DNA of 41,002 nt from a virus (taxonomy: Duplodnaviria; Caudoviricetes). Below the pieces are notes generated by a model. That model had not been told where the DNA came from, ran no database searches, and was given only the letters and a program-made list of their open reading frames with translations. Below are positions 24,596-34,381 of the stretch, one piece after another. Positions within the stretch are counted from its first letter, which is position 1, and each line of letters begins with the position of its first letter. The stretch covers positions 1 to 41,002 of IMG/VR virus record IMGVR_UViG_3300048856_000012, one strand, 5' to 3'. Position numbers and translations under genes: made by a program.

Positions 24596-25668
24596 TACAG
24601 CGCGCTCCAGACAATGGACCCCAGAACAGGGATCTGGCCAACTGCGCCTTGGATATCTGTCAGCGGACTGTCAACGATGTTGTCTTCGACGCCGGTTGCG
24701 ATGCTGACAGCCTCACGAATCTTGCTGATCGGGATCTTGCCGCCCGGCTCCGCTTCACGCAGGAATAGGTCTTCCAGTTCGGCGCGAACTGCGGCTTGCG
24801 TGGCCAGCGTGTTGGGCAGAAGCCGGATGGACATATCGACGACCAGGGTGCTGGGGGCTGCTACGAAGACTTCGGCGGTAACCTGCCTGCGTTCGTCAAT
24901 GTAGCCCTGTGCCGCCGCCACGGTTGCCGGTGAAGGTACTGGAGCCGTAGCAGCCTCATCGTCGGCAATGATCACGGTGACGGTGCCCGGCCCCATCTGG
25001 CGAGGGTAGACCCAGGCCCGCGTAACGCCAGGCACTTCGAGCGCCCACGTTTCATAATCGTCTTTGCTGCCACCCTGCGGCGGTTTCTGGATGCGGTTGA
25101 TAACCCGAGCGCGTAACGCCTCGATGGTTTCCTGATCGACGCCGCCGCCGATGCCAGGCGCTACCACGAGAGCGGAGGACCGCACGCCGTTAACTGGCTG
25201 GAGCAGCGAGATAGATACGCCCGCCGCCGTGTTGCTGGCAGACCCTGGCGTCTCGGCGCGGACGCTGACCAGTGCGCCCGAGGCCCCGAGAATCACATCT
25301 GAAATGGTTCGGAATTGCACGCCATCTGTCCGCACGAGCATCGTACCTGCGGGAACCGGAGAACCTGCGGTGCCGGTCAGCTGAACAGCGTTTATGCCAT
25401 TGGCAAAGGTGGCCGGCTTGCGTCCGTTGGGAAGCCAGATCGATGCCCAGCGCAGCAGGTATTCGTCTTCGGCGGTGTCCGGGAGCGCTTGCCGGGCGAT
25501 GAAGTCGAGGTAACCGTAGAGCGAGTGAACGGCCCCTGCTTCGGCCCGCGCCAAGATTCCCGCCAAAGAGCGCCGCAACAGAGTGGTGGACGCACCAGGC
25601 AGGCGGCTGGCGATATCGGTGGAGACCCGTTCGATCAGGTCGTTAAGCGTGGGTCTGGCGAATGGCAT
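24595..25668 (-). CDS. Baseplate J / Mu gp47-like protein
   Basis: MPFARPTL, PPQGGSKDDYETWALEVPGVTRAW. Confidence 0.93.
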   Translation of the reverse strand: MPFARPTLNDLIERVSTDIASRLPGASTTLLRRSLAGILARAEAGAVHSLYGYLDFIARQALPDTAEDEYLLRWASIWLPNGRKPATFANGINAVQLTGTAGSPVPAGTMLVRTDGVQFRTISDVILGASGALVSVRAETPGSASNTAAGVSISLLQPVNGVRSSALVVAPGIGGGVDQETIEALRARVINRIQKPPQGGSKDDYETWALEVPGVTRAWVYPRQMGPGTVTVIIADDEAATAPVPSPATVAAAQGYIDERRQVTAEVFVAAPSTLVVDMSIRLLPNTLATQAAVRAELEDLFLREAEPGGKIPISKIREAVSIATGVEDNIVDSPLTDIQGAVGQIPVLGSIVWSAL

Positions 25669-26130
25669 TTATCGGCCTACCTTCAGAAGTTGGGCGGCCC
25701 ACTGATAATTAAATCGGAAGGCGACAGGGTTGGAAGAGCCGGGGCGGTAGATGAAAACCTCGATCAGCATCCAGCCGCGCGCCGGATAGCTGGTCTGGAC
25801 TTCCACGCGTTCGGCTACTTTGTCATCGATCAGCCATCGCAGAGACTCGGCGGCGTAGCCTCTGGCGCGGGCAAGAATGCTTTGCAGCTGTTTGGCTCGA
25901 CGGATCGTCCAGAGGCGTGAACCGGTTTCGTCCGATGGATCCAGGTCGGCCCAGTAGCCCCGCAGGTCACCGTCTCTGTCGATGGGATCGATCATGTCTT
26001 CGGTTGCCCGAGCATCGCTGAACAGGCTGATCAGCACGGCTGTTTCGAGGCCGTCATCTGCGGCAATGTCGCCGACCGTGAAGCCCACGTCTATCTGGCC
26101 ATCGTAGAGTTCAAGCGCAAAGTCGGTCAT
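25669..26130 (-). CDS. Mu gp46-like baseplate protein
   Basis: LETAVLISLFSD, RGYWAD, GSRLW, ESLRWLIDD. Confidence 0.9.
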   Translation of the reverse strand: MTDFALELYDGQIDVGFTVGDIAADDGLETAVLISLFSDARATEDMIDPIDRDGDLRGYWADLDPSDETGSRLWTIRRAKQLQSILARARGYAAESLRWLIDDKVAERVEVQTSYPARGWMLIEVFIYRPGSSNPVAFRFNYQWAAQLLKVGR

Positions 26131-26669
26131 GGGTTCGTCATCCCGGTATTTCCGTTGCCGGTCTGCACGCCGGAATGTGTGTGGCTCGCGCCGATGTTAA
26201 CGCCGTTGTGCGTGAGGCGCGGCGATTCGATGGCCACTCCAGCGCCGGTGATGGTGATAGAGGATCCGCCGGCGACGATGCTAGCCGTGTTGGCCGCAAC
26301 GACCTCGACGTCCGGCGCGGTCACGTCCACGCGTAGTTTCGCGATTACCGAAATCCCCTCGCGGCCCAGCAGGATCACGTTACCCAGGTCGTCGTATAAA
26401 ACGACCTCGCCCTCTTTAAGATTCTGGTAACGGAACTTGCGGTTTTCGGCAACGATGATGATCCCTTCAGAACGGTCGCCGCCGAGGAAGCCGATAAGGC
26501 AATCCGTGCCAGCGGCGGGCGGTAGCGAACTCATTCCGTAGTTTTGCATGCGCGGGGTATTGTCGATCAGTTCACCTTTCAGAACCTCGACCTGCGCCGT
26601 CTGCCGACCGCCTCTGTCAACTATCCGCCGGATGATCGCCCGGCCTAACATGTTAAGTGCTCGGCTCAT
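26127..26669 (-). CDS. Baseplate spike, Mu gp45 / gpV-like
   Basis: QNYGMSSLP, GEVVLYD, C-terminal HTH iron-binding motif SHTHSGVQTG. Confidence 0.9.
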   Translation of the reverse strand: MSRALNMLGRAIIRRIVDRGGRQTAQVEVLKGELIDNTPRMQNYGMSSLPPAAGTDCLIGFLGGDRSEGIIIVAENRKFRYQNLKEGEVVLYDDLGNVILLGREGISVIAKLRVDVTAPDVEVVAANTASIVAGGSSITITGAGVAIESPRLTHNGVNIGASHTHSGVQTGNGNTGMTNP

Positions 26670-27831
26670 CGCCCAAAGCCTCCCGCCAAATATCACGCCC
26701 ACCCTTCTGGGCTCTTTTTTCCTTTTCCTTGTCGGGCGGCTCTGGGCTGAATGCTTGAGGGCTTACAAGGTCGAGGTCACACACGGTCCCTTCGCTGGGC
26801 GTGCGCCTGTAGGTTACCTGACGGATAAGCATGTCACCATCCATCCGCAGGAACGACGCCAGCACATGCACCAGCAGGTTGGGACGCCAGAGGCTTGAGC
26901 GCTCCGAGGTGCCTTGCCGCCAGCCGCGAACGGTCACGGCGGCTGAAGCAGATCTTCCAAGCCTCATGTTGGCTTCCCAAGTGGCGCGCGCCGTGGCGCT
27001 CATCGAAGTTGAGCCGGTTTCCGCGACGACGACCATAGGCCTGTATCTGGTAACCCCCGAGTCCGTCGCCTTGGCTTCGACATGGATGGTCTGAGCGTCA
27101 TCGCCGCCGTCCACCTCGATGGGCGAATTGTCGTCTCCGTCATCGGGTGCCAGGTCGTATGCCGGCGAGCTGGCTGTCTGGCTCTTCACGACGTACAGGC
27201 TGAACCGCTGCGAGGTGTCCAGGTTGCCAGATCCCGAGATGATGTTTACTCCCTGCTGGAGATTCATCCCGGCGCGCATAGTGCCCGCCCGGGTGATGAG
27301 CAGACCGCCGCCGATATCCGGGGTTAGCAGGCAGGTGCGGAAACGCGCCAGCCGGTCGAGCGCTGAGAATGCCGTCTCACCCTGCTGAAGCTTGATTGTG
27401 GGAAACTTCTCGCCCACGTCCACATCGGCGCGCACTGGAATTCCGAACGGTTTACAAATGATCTGGGCGATCTGCAACAGCGTCAGGTTGGTCCACTGAT
27501 CCGGCTCGTGGTAAGCCGTGCAGTCCACCAGGTCACACGTCTTGTCGCGGCCCTGGATCTCGATAGTGTGGCTTGTGGCGCTGAAGCTCGGGCGGAACTG
27601 GTCGACGTATCCGTTGACTACCAGCTCGCCGTCGATCTTGATCTGGCAGGGATCGCCGTTGAGGATCGGCCATGCTTCGATCTGTGAAGGCGTTCGACCG
27701 TCGCCAGCCCATCGTTCCGTCAGGCTGATCGAGAACGCACCAGCGATTGCGTCAATAGCCGAAGTTATCTGAATGTCCGTCCAGCCCCGGTACACGCGGC
27801 CCTTGATGTACAACTCAACCTGATCAGCCAT
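26653..27831 (-). CDS. Baseplate hub, Mu gpP (gp44)-like
   Basis: GRDKTCDLVDC, GETAF, RFSLY, LWRPNLLV. Confidence 0.9.
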   Translation of the reverse strand: MADQVELYIKGRVYRGWTDIQITSAIDAIAGAFSISLTERWAGDGRTPSQIEAWPILNGDPCQIKIDGELVVNGYVDQFRPSFSATSHTIEIQGRDKTCDLVDCTAYHEPDQWTNLTLLQIAQIICKPFGIPVRADVDVGEKFPTIKLQQGETAFSALDRLARFRTCLLTPDIGGGLLITRAGTMRAGMNLQQGVNIISGSGNLDTSQRFSLYVVKSQTASSPAYDLAPDDGDDNSPIEVDGGDDAQTIHVEAKATDSGVTRYRPMVVVAETGSTSMSATARATWEANMRLGRSASAAVTVRGWRQGTSERSSLWRPNLLVHVLASFLRMDGDMLIRQVTYRRTPSEGTVCDLDLVSPQAFSPEPPDKEKEKRAQKGGRDIWREALGDEPST

Positions 27832-29080
27832 TGCTCAATACCTGAAGTGGCGCGCCGCCGTTGACAAAGCCAGGATGCCGGACCATGTTCCGCGTAACTA
27901 TCTGCGTGTCTAGCTCGGCGTCGTCGTAAAGCGTCTGGGCGATTACAAGCGCAGGGCGGGTAGATGGCGAGGTGTAAGCCACCAACGTAGCCTGGCTCTG
28001 GTCAGGAGAAGGCAGACCGGCAACCAATTCGGCGCGGGCTTGAGTAAGCTGCTGGTATACGGGATCGGATGTGGTCTGCTCCGCTTCCCTGTCTATGAGA
28101 TCGGCCACCACGTCGCGCGCATCAACGGCGTCGTCAACGGTGTCGTAATCCTTTTCAACGGCAACAACGGCCAGCTCTGCGGCTGCGGTCTGCCTGATGA
28201 TCTGCGTGATCGCTGCCTGATTCTGGATGGCCTGCGCCCGGCTTGGCGTCTTGGCCGATGACGAGGAATCGGAATCTGAATGCGGGAACAGGCCAACCAG
28301 ACCGGCCAGGATTGCGCCTGCACCGCTACCGAAGGTGTTGCGGATGCCGCTGATCAACGACGTGAATCGGCTCGCCAATGCTCCAGGCTCGCCGACCAGA
28401 GTGGAAATGCCGCCGAGGAAATCGCTGACCTGAAGCTGATATTCCGAAATCGTGGATGAAACCGCGTCTGCCGTATCGCTCACCACTCCAAAGATCTCGG
28501 AACCTTCGGTGTAAAGCTCGCTGGCAAACGCGGTTGGTGTGGACAGGTATTCGCCCAGCGTGGTCGCCGTGTTGGCCGCTGCGTCTCGCACGTACTGAGG
28601 GAAACCTGACGTCTTGAACTTGTCGACGAAGCTCCGTTCGGCCTCGACCTGAATCATCTCTGAGCGGTCCGCCAGGACGTTTACCGCGTCAACCCCCTCA
28701 GTGGGCTGGCTGAGTTCTCCAGCCTCCCCAAACGAGACGGTGAAGCGGCACATGCGACCCTCTTTATTGTCGTGCCGGATGCGGAAGCCGGAAGCGCCTA
28801 CGGACTTCTCGCCGTAGCGTGGATGCACCAGTCGCCCAGGGCCAGCGGTATCGCGGATGGCCTTGATCAGCTCTTGCATCTGAAGGTCGTAGTCATCGCC
28901 GATCAGATAGCCTTCGACCTGGAACACGTCAGCGGCGCGGCCCAGGTCTTCGAGTGTCGGCACGTCGACCAGCGCCGCCGTATGGGTGACCTGCCGCCGT
29001 CCGAATTCTGCCTCGTCAGTGCTGACGAAGAAGTTGACGCCCCGGAAAGATGCCGGCTGAAGCCTGTCTAACCAGCTCAT
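27824..29080 (-). CDS. Mu N-like DNA circularisation protein
   Basis: LQPASFRGVNF, EDLGR, GPGRLVHP, RNMVRHPGFV. Confidence 0.9.
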   Translation of the reverse strand: MSWLDRLQPASFRGVNFFVSTDEAEFGRRQVTHTAALVDVPTLEDLGRAADVFQVEGYLIGDDYDLQMQELIKAIRDTAGPGRLVHPRYGEKSVGASGFRIRHDNKEGRMCRFTVSFGEAGELSQPTEGVDAVNVLADRSEMIQVEAERSFVDKFKTSGFPQYVRDAAANTATTLGEYLSTPTAFASELYTEGSEIFGVVSDTADAVSSTISEYQLQVSDFLGGISTLVGEPGALASRFTSLISGIRNTFGSGAGAILAGLVGLFPHSDSDSSSSAKTPSRAQAIQNQAAITQIIRQTAAAELAVVAVEKDYDTVDDAVDARDVVADLIDREAEQTTSDPVYQQLTQARAELVAGLPSPDQSQATLVAYTSPSTRPALVIAQTLYDDAELDTQIVTRNMVRHPGFVNGGAPLQVLSNG

Positions 29081-30699
29081 TGATCCTGCCTCATCATCGA
29101 ATAGCCCTGATTGGTCTTGATGTTCGAGCCGCCAGTCGCCCGCGTTTCAACGTTGGTCCCGGTCGGCATGTTCTTGAAGTCAACGGTGATCGCCGCTTTC
29201 GCGCTGGCCAGGCCCGCCGCAATGGGTCCGCCCTCTGGTACAGCGGTGTAGTTCTGGTCTGGCGCAGGGCTGCCGCCGGCCCACTCTGGCAGCACGCCGG
29301 AAACCTTGTTCTTGATGATCGAGCCGATATCGATCCCGGTCAGAAACTTGATCACGCCATTGACGGAATCCATGATCAGTCCGGCGGGGTTGAACTGGTT
29401 CCACATCTCGATAACGCCATCGATAAGCCCGGTCTTGAATGCGTCTTTCACCTTGTTGAAGCGGTCACTGAAGAACGTCGCGATGCTGTCCCAGTTCTGG
29501 TAGATGAGCGTTGCGCCTGCTGCGATGGCGGCGATACCGGCAATGAACCAGCCGATTGGAGTGGTCGCCAGCGCCACGCCTAGGCCGTAGAGCGAAGTTG
29601 TCACCGCCACCAACGACGGGATCAGGTACGCGACCGCCAGTCCGCCAGCGACTTTGAAGGCCAGGGACAGCGGTCCGATGTTGTCGGCCAATGTTCCCAG
29701 CGCGCCGGCCAGCGGTCGGACGGTATCCCATACGCCCTGAAGCGCGGTCTTCGCCTGCTCCAGATAGCGCGGGAGATTCTCGGCGAACGCTTCGGCGAAC
29801 GCCTGGATCTGCGGACGGTACTTGATGATGTTCTCGGTCAGCTGCGACCCAAGGACCGAAAGCGTTGGAACGACCGCCGCAGCAATGGTGTTGCCGACGC
29901 CTTTCAGCGCAAGCGTGATCTCGTCCAGCACGTCGCCGAACCCTTCCCCGCTCTGCACGGCGCTGTCTGAGATGACGATCCCCAGCTCTCTGGCGCGCTT
30001 GCTCATCTCATCGATGCCAGCGGTGCCGCCGCGCAGCAGTGGAAGCAGCTTGGTGGCCGATTCGCCGAAGATGGTAATGGCGGCCTTGGCCTGCAATGAC
30101 GGGTCTTTGATGCGCGAGATACGGTTGGCCACGGTATCGAAAAGCTCGTCCGTGGTCTTGGCCGTGCCGTTGGCGTTTTTGAACGAGATGTTCAGCCCCT
30201 TGAACATCGCCTGAAGCTCTTTCGATCCGCCCTTGGCGTTCGCAATGGTGATGTTCATCTTCTGGAGCGCGCCGTTCAGTTCCTCTGAGGAAGAGCCAGC
30301 CATCTGCGCGGCAAAGCCCAGTTCCTGAATTCGCTCCCGTGATGCGCCGGTACGCGCTGCGGCGTCGCCGATGGCACCCGTGGTATCGACAAAGGATTGG
30401 ATGAGCGGAACGAGGGAGGCGACGCCAGCGGCTGCGACTCCCGCTATCGCCAGGCCGATGGCCCCCACCCTTTTGACGAGACCGCCAACGGCTGAACCAA
30501 CGTTGCCAAATGCACCGGCCAGGATTGGAAGCCCTGACCGATCGGAAAGATTGCGGATCGACTCGCCGAGACCGGAGATGCGGCGACCGACGTCGCCGAG
30601 TGACCCTGTGATTCTGCGTAGTGGGGCGGTGATACGGTCCACCGCCTCGATTACTACGCTGAGCGGAAAGGATCTTCCGCCTGCGCCTGCTGCCGCCAT
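29077..30699 (-). CDS. Tail tape measure protein
   Basis: AVDRITAPL N-terminus; Ala/Gly-rich helical body; TM-like segments; follows chaperone. Confidence 0.9.
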   Translation of the reverse strand: MAAAGAGGRSFPLSVVIEAVDRITAPLRRITGSLGDVGRRISGLGESIRNLSDRSGLPILAGAFGNVGSAVGGLVKRVGAIGLAIAGVAAAGVASLVPLIQSFVDTTGAIGDAAARTGASRERIQELGFAAQMAGSSSEELNGALQKMNITIANAKGGSKELQAMFKGLNISFKNANGTAKTTDELFDTVANRISRIKDPSLQAKAAITIFGESATKLLPLLRGGTAGIDEMSKRARELGIVISDSAVQSGEGFGDVLDEITLALKGVGNTIAAAVVPTLSVLGSQLTENIIKYRPQIQAFAEAFAENLPRYLEQAKTALQGVWDTVRPLAGALGTLADNIGPLSLAFKVAGGLAVAYLIPSLVAVTTSLYGLGVALATTPIGWFIAGIAAIAAGATLIYQNWDSIATFFSDRFNKVKDAFKTGLIDGVIEMWNQFNPAGLIMDSVNGVIKFLTGIDIGSIIKNKVSGVLPEWAGGSPAPDQNYTAVPEGGPIAAGLASAKAAITVDFKNMPTGTNVETRATGGSNIKTNQGYSMMRQDQ

Positions 30700-30845
30700 T
30701 TGCCGTACTCCCTTGCCCTTTCGAGGTAGAACGCGAAGTCATCCGCGTCCATTGCTTCCATCTCGCTGGGCTGGAAGTGGAACAAACCGGCCATCAGCGT
30801 GAAGCCTGTCAGCCAGTCGCCTGGCCACGCAGCGACAGCTTTCCC
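30654..30845 (-). other. -1 programmed frameshift extension of the tail chaperone (GT / E+E'-like)
   Basis: In-frame slippery G GGA AAG (30839-30845); -1 frame reads ...LMAGLFHFQPSEMEAMD... to TAG at 30654. Confidence 0.8.
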
Positions 30846-31078
30846 ACCTCATCGAGCACCGCAGTTACATCGGCGGCGTCCATGAGGTCGAAGACCGCAG
30901 GCAGCTGGCCAGAGAGACGCGCGGCCAAAGCCAACGCGTCTTCAACGTCGTTCTTGCCCTTCATGGCCATCTTGAGATCTTTGCCGGTCGCGCGACGCAG
31001 TTGGATCGTGGTGATCTCTTCGTCTGCGAACTCGATGGGATATTCCAACTCGATGGTTGCCGCTACTGCCTTGCTCAT
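30809..31078 (-). CDS. Tail assembly chaperone (Mu gp41 / P2 E-like)
   Basis: IELEYPI...LRRATGKDL...MDAAD. Confidence 0.88.
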   Translation of the reverse strand: MSKAVAATIELEYPIEFADEEITTIQLRRATGKDLKMAMKGKNDVEDALALAARLSGQLPAVFDLMDAADVTAVLDEVGKLSLRGQATG

Positions 31079-31437
31079 ACGAATGTACCTTGTGTGTCAC
31101 TTGCGAAACGGAAAGGGAAGTTGCCTTCCTGCGTGTTGCCGGTGCCTTCGCCTTCGTACCAGGCGTTGGCCAGAACGAAGGTTTTGCCGTTGGCCAGTTC
31201 GGCGGTAACGGTGGCATCCTTGATCTGAACGAGCGCTTCGAGGTCTACGTCCGAACCGTCGCGGATCTCGCCTTCCAAGAAGGCAGCCTGCGCGGTCTGG
31301 CTGTAACCGTCCACGCCGGTCGCGCCGATAACTGCCGTGCGCATCGGGAGGCCCTGGTTCCATGTGAAGTTGGCAACGGCGCGATACACCGCACCGTTTA
31401 CCTTGATGGCGATCAAGCCGCCGACTACTCCAGCCAT
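31075..31437 (-). CDS. Tail tube protein (Mu-like)
   Basis: 120 aa after sheath; TVTAELANGKTFVL. Confidence 0.88.
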   Translation of the reverse strand: MAGVVGGLIAIKVNGAVYRAVANFTWNQGLPMRTAVIGATGVDGYSQTAQAAFLEGEIRDGSDVDLEALVQIKDATVTAELANGKTFVLANAWYEGEGTGNTQEGNFPFRFASDTQGTFV

Positions 31438-31448
31438 GATGATTCCCC

Positions 31449-32912
31449 TTACAGAATGAATTGGATTTTGTTTGCCACGATACGCAGCTGGTTGACCAGA
31501 TCCGGCACCAGCAGCAGGTCCATGCGGTTGCGATCCGAGACATTGCGCTCGGCAATGCTCATGTCCTTGAAGCTGTTGATGTTCTCAACCAGACCGATCG
31601 ACTGCCATTCGAGAGCCTTGGCGACCATCTCGGCTTTCATGGTCTTCGGCGTCACGATGGATTGGCCAGAGCCGAAACGGTTGCCGTCGTCGGCCAGCTT
31701 GCTGCGCGGGTACTTACGGCGCAGCGTGTCTTCCCAGTCGTGGCGCAGGTAGATCAGCGTGGCCAGGGTCTCACTGTCCAGGTACGAAACGTCGGTGCCG
31801 CCGGCGCTGTTGGTCTGGTAAGTGGTGATCAGTCGTTCCGCCTGCATAACGCCAGCCGCTGTAACGCTGGTGGTTGCGATGCCGTCGAACAGCAGAACGT
31901 TACGCTCTTGAAGGGTGAGGCGATCTGCTTCAGCAGCAGGCAGGGACCAGGTGTAAGCGAGATTCTGAACAGGCCGTGCCGGGTCGTTGGATACCGAGTA
32001 GGCCCAAATCGACATGGTTTCAGCGGCCTTCTCATAAGCCGGGGTCGGCTCGGCGATGGATGCAACAAGCGTCAGGTGCTCGCTGTTGCGACCGCTTCCG
32101 ATGGTGCCGACGCTGGATACCGTGCCCTTGATCACGCCGAAGGCATGACCCTCAACCGCGCGCAGCGGACCCCAGCGCTCGTACTGGTCGTTCTCGATCA
32201 GCACAAGGTTGGCGGTGTCGGTGTAGGCGGTGGCCCAGGCTTGGAACCAGCTGTCTCCCAGGTTGGCCAGCGCGTCGGCGATGCTCGGGTTTCCAGTCCC
32301 TCCGGTGAACGCGGTGATGGTGTAGCCGGTGCCAGCCGGAAGCGTCTCGCCGTAGTAGTTCACGCGAACGTCCAGCGAGTTGCCGGTCTCGCCTTTGTTC
32401 TTCGCTGTCAGCGTCACGACGGCGGCAGCGGCGGCGGCGGTTACCGGTAGGCTGGCGTTACCGTTGATGGCTGCTGCGATCTTGGTGGCGATAGCCGTGG
32501 CGGCGTCGGTAACAGCTACACCGATTTGCAGTTGGCGGCCAGCAACGTACAGGGCCAGTGTGCCGGCGGATGTTGCCGGGCCAGTGACGGTGATCGTTGC
32601 CGTTGCTGCTGCGCCTGCGGCTGGATCTGCCAGCGGCAAGACGTAAAGGTCGGTGAAGGCGTCGAACTTTACGGCGGCGGCAACCATACCAGCGGCGACA
32701 GAGCCAGGCCCGAATAGGCCTTCAGCGGTAGCAACGCTCAGGGCTTGAACAGGAACGCCAGGTGTTGCGGTGCCAGTGCTGAGCATAGTGCCGATGATCA
32801 GGCGGCGGTATTCCAGCAGCTGAGCGCCAACGATGGCCGCGCTGTTGTCGATCTCGGTGTAATGGCCTGGCACGCGCAGGTTGGCAGGGATGCGGTTGAA
32901 TGGAATTGGCAT
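31449..32912 (-). CDS. Contractile tail sheath protein (Mu gpL-like)
   Basis: IPANLRVPG, DPARP, ITTYQTN, YPRSKLADDG. Confidence 0.95.
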   Translation of the reverse strand: MPIPFNRIPANLRVPGHYTEIDNSAAIVGAQLLEYRRLIIGTMLSTGTATPGVPVQALSVATAEGLFGPGSVAAGMVAAAVKFDAFTDLYVLPLADPAAGAAATATITVTGPATSAGTLALYVAGRQLQIGVAVTDAATAIATKIAAAINGNASLPVTAAAAAAVVTLTAKNKGETGNSLDVRVNYYGETLPAGTGYTITAFTGGTGNPSIADALANLGDSWFQAWATAYTDTANLVLIENDQYERWGPLRAVEGHAFGVIKGTVSSVGTIGSGRNSEHLTLVASIAEPTPAYEKAAETMSIWAYSVSNDPARPVQNLAYTWSLPAAEADRLTLQERNVLLFDGIATTSVTAAGVMQAERLITTYQTNSAGGTDVSYLDSETLATLIYLRHDWEDTLRRKYPRSKLADDGNRFGSGQSIVTPKTMKAEMVAKALEWQSIGLVENINSFKDMSIAERNVSDRNRMDLLLVPDLVNQLRIVANKIQFIL

Positions 32913-33082
32913 TATTTCTGCTCCTTGGCGGCTTCGACTTCTTTAACGTCGCCATCCTTGATGCGTCGACGCCAGTAGGCAGTCATGACAATGGGTTCGC
33001 CGGTCGCCGACAGGTGGCCGCCCGTGTCCGGATTGCGAACGAGGTTTTTACCCGCGGGCTTGAGAATTACTGGTTCGTTCAT
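32912..33082 (-). CDS. DUF2635 / Mu gp38-like protein (56 aa)
   Basis: Translated by hand: MNEPVILKPAG...VRNPDTG...YWRRRIKDGDV; directly before sheath. Confidence 0.85.
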   Translation of the reverse strand: MNEPVILKPAGKNLVRNPDTGGHLSATGEPIVMTAYWRRRIKDGDVKEVEAAKEQK

Positions 33083-33609
33083 GGCAAATTCACCGTTTGG
33101 TTTGAATCAGCAGCCCCGACCCGGTAGGTGTTCGCTGCGGTTTTGAAATCGTCCAGAGTGTCGGCCTTGCCGGCATCCGGTAGTTCGGAATAGTACGTGA
33201 TTGGGAACGTAACCGCTAAGGCTCCGTTAACTTGCTCCGGCCCAACTTCCACCAGCTGCATGCGTGTCGTTGAAAGATCAAAACCCATGTCGTACAGGTT
33301 CCAGTCATGGCGGCCTATGCATTGCTCGATTTGTTCAGCGACATGATCAAGGAAATCGTCCGTGTCCTCGCCCTCAGCCGCATGCACCTCAACGACGACG
33401 GAGACCACACGCTGCCACTGTGCTGGGGCCTCAACTACTTTGTCGGCGCTTTCATCAATCGTATAAACGACGATGGCCGGCAATTCCGATTGCCAGCCCT
33501 CTTGCTGAATGAAAGGTCTTGAGCGCTGCTTGTATACGTTCTGGCCGCAGTCGGTATTACCCAACAGCAGCTCAACCATCTTGGAGCGAATGAAAATGCG
33601 AGGGTGCAT
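33079..33609 (-). CDS. Tail terminator-like protein
   Basis: MHPRIFIR...ELPAIVVY; acidic; gene order. Confidence 0.7.
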   Translation of the reverse strand: MHPRIFIRSKMVELLLGNTDCGQNVYKQRSRPFIQQEGWQSELPAIVVYTIDESADKVVEAPAQWQRVVSVVVEVHAAEGEDTDDFLDHVAEQIEQCIGRHDWNLYDMGFDLSTTRMQLVEVGPEQVNGALAVTFPITYYSELPDAGKADTLDDFKTAANTYRVGAADSNQTVNLP

Positions 33610-33610
33610 G

Positions 33611-33955
33611 TCACTTCCTCGAATGCGAAAGGAACAGAGTTGTTCCGGCTTCCCCGTCTGGCTGGACGTCAGTTATAAAAAATGTGTGAGTGATGCCGCG
33701 TCGGGTAATGATGATCGTGTCTGACTTAGCGCTTCGGCCTTCAGGCAGGTCAGCAGTTCGGACGCCCATCACGGGCTGGTTGCTGGACACATCCGCACCT
33801 GTGCCGCTGTCCACGGCGAAATACGTATCGTCGAAAATCACGTTGGCCAAGACTGTATCCGGTTGGCCTGGACGCCGGTACAGCGCGCCCAGGTCTTGCC
33901 GGAAAGTCTTCAATGTCTGCCGCAGGACGCGATCAGCCATCGAAGACCAGCCCAT
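33611..33955 (-). CDS. Head-tail joining (gpFII-like) protein
   Basis: VIFD...VQPDGEAG; gene order. Confidence 0.7.
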   Translation of the reverse strand: MGWSSMADRVLRQTLKTFRQDLGALYRRPGQPDTVLANVIFDDTYFAVDSGTGADVSSNQPVMGVRTADLPEGRSAKSDTIIITRRGITHTFFITDVQPDGEAGTTLFLSHSRK

Positions 33956-34335
33956 TACGCTTGCGCCGCTGGCAGCGCCACTGCGTTCAGGCGAACCCGG
34001 CCAACAGTGGAAGGGTTAGCGGCGGCTTCACTGGCAGCACCAACGAGGAAAACGCCGGCGGCGCTCACGTTGGTCATGTTGCCGCTGGTGGTGTTGAAGT
34101 AGATCAGGTCGCCTTCGGCCCAGGCCTGTGCGTTGATCTTCGGCAACTCAAACACGCCGGACAGTTTGCCAGCGAACTTACGAACGCCAGCGCCAGCAGC
34201 AGTCACTTCAGCAGCGGTGACGGTGCATTGCGGCACCACGAGGAAAGCGCCGATCTTGACCGCGACGCCAGACTGAACGCCGCCAGCCGGAACCGTCAGG
34301 TCCAGAATGTCGCCGTGTTGAACGAATGTACGCAT
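33955..34335 (-). CDS. DUF2190-family capsid cement protein
   Basis: MRTFVQHGD...GGVQSG...GVFELPK...GRVRLN. Confidence 0.88.
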   Translation of the reverse strand: MRTFVQHGDILDLTVPAGGVQSGVAVKIGAFLVVPQCTVTAAEVTAAGAGVRKFAGKLSGVFELPKINAQAWAEGDLIYFNTTSGNMTNVSAAGVFLVGAASEAAANPSTVGRVRLNAVALPAAQA

Positions 34336-34381
34336 GGTTGTTACTCCGAGAAATTGCCGCGTCCGTGCGGCGAGAAAGTGG

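Noticed and set aside
30008-30742. 244-aa same-strand alternative frame in the tape measure gene
   Set aside because: Arg-rich off-frame translation without motif or SD, unlike the methyltransferase beta frame
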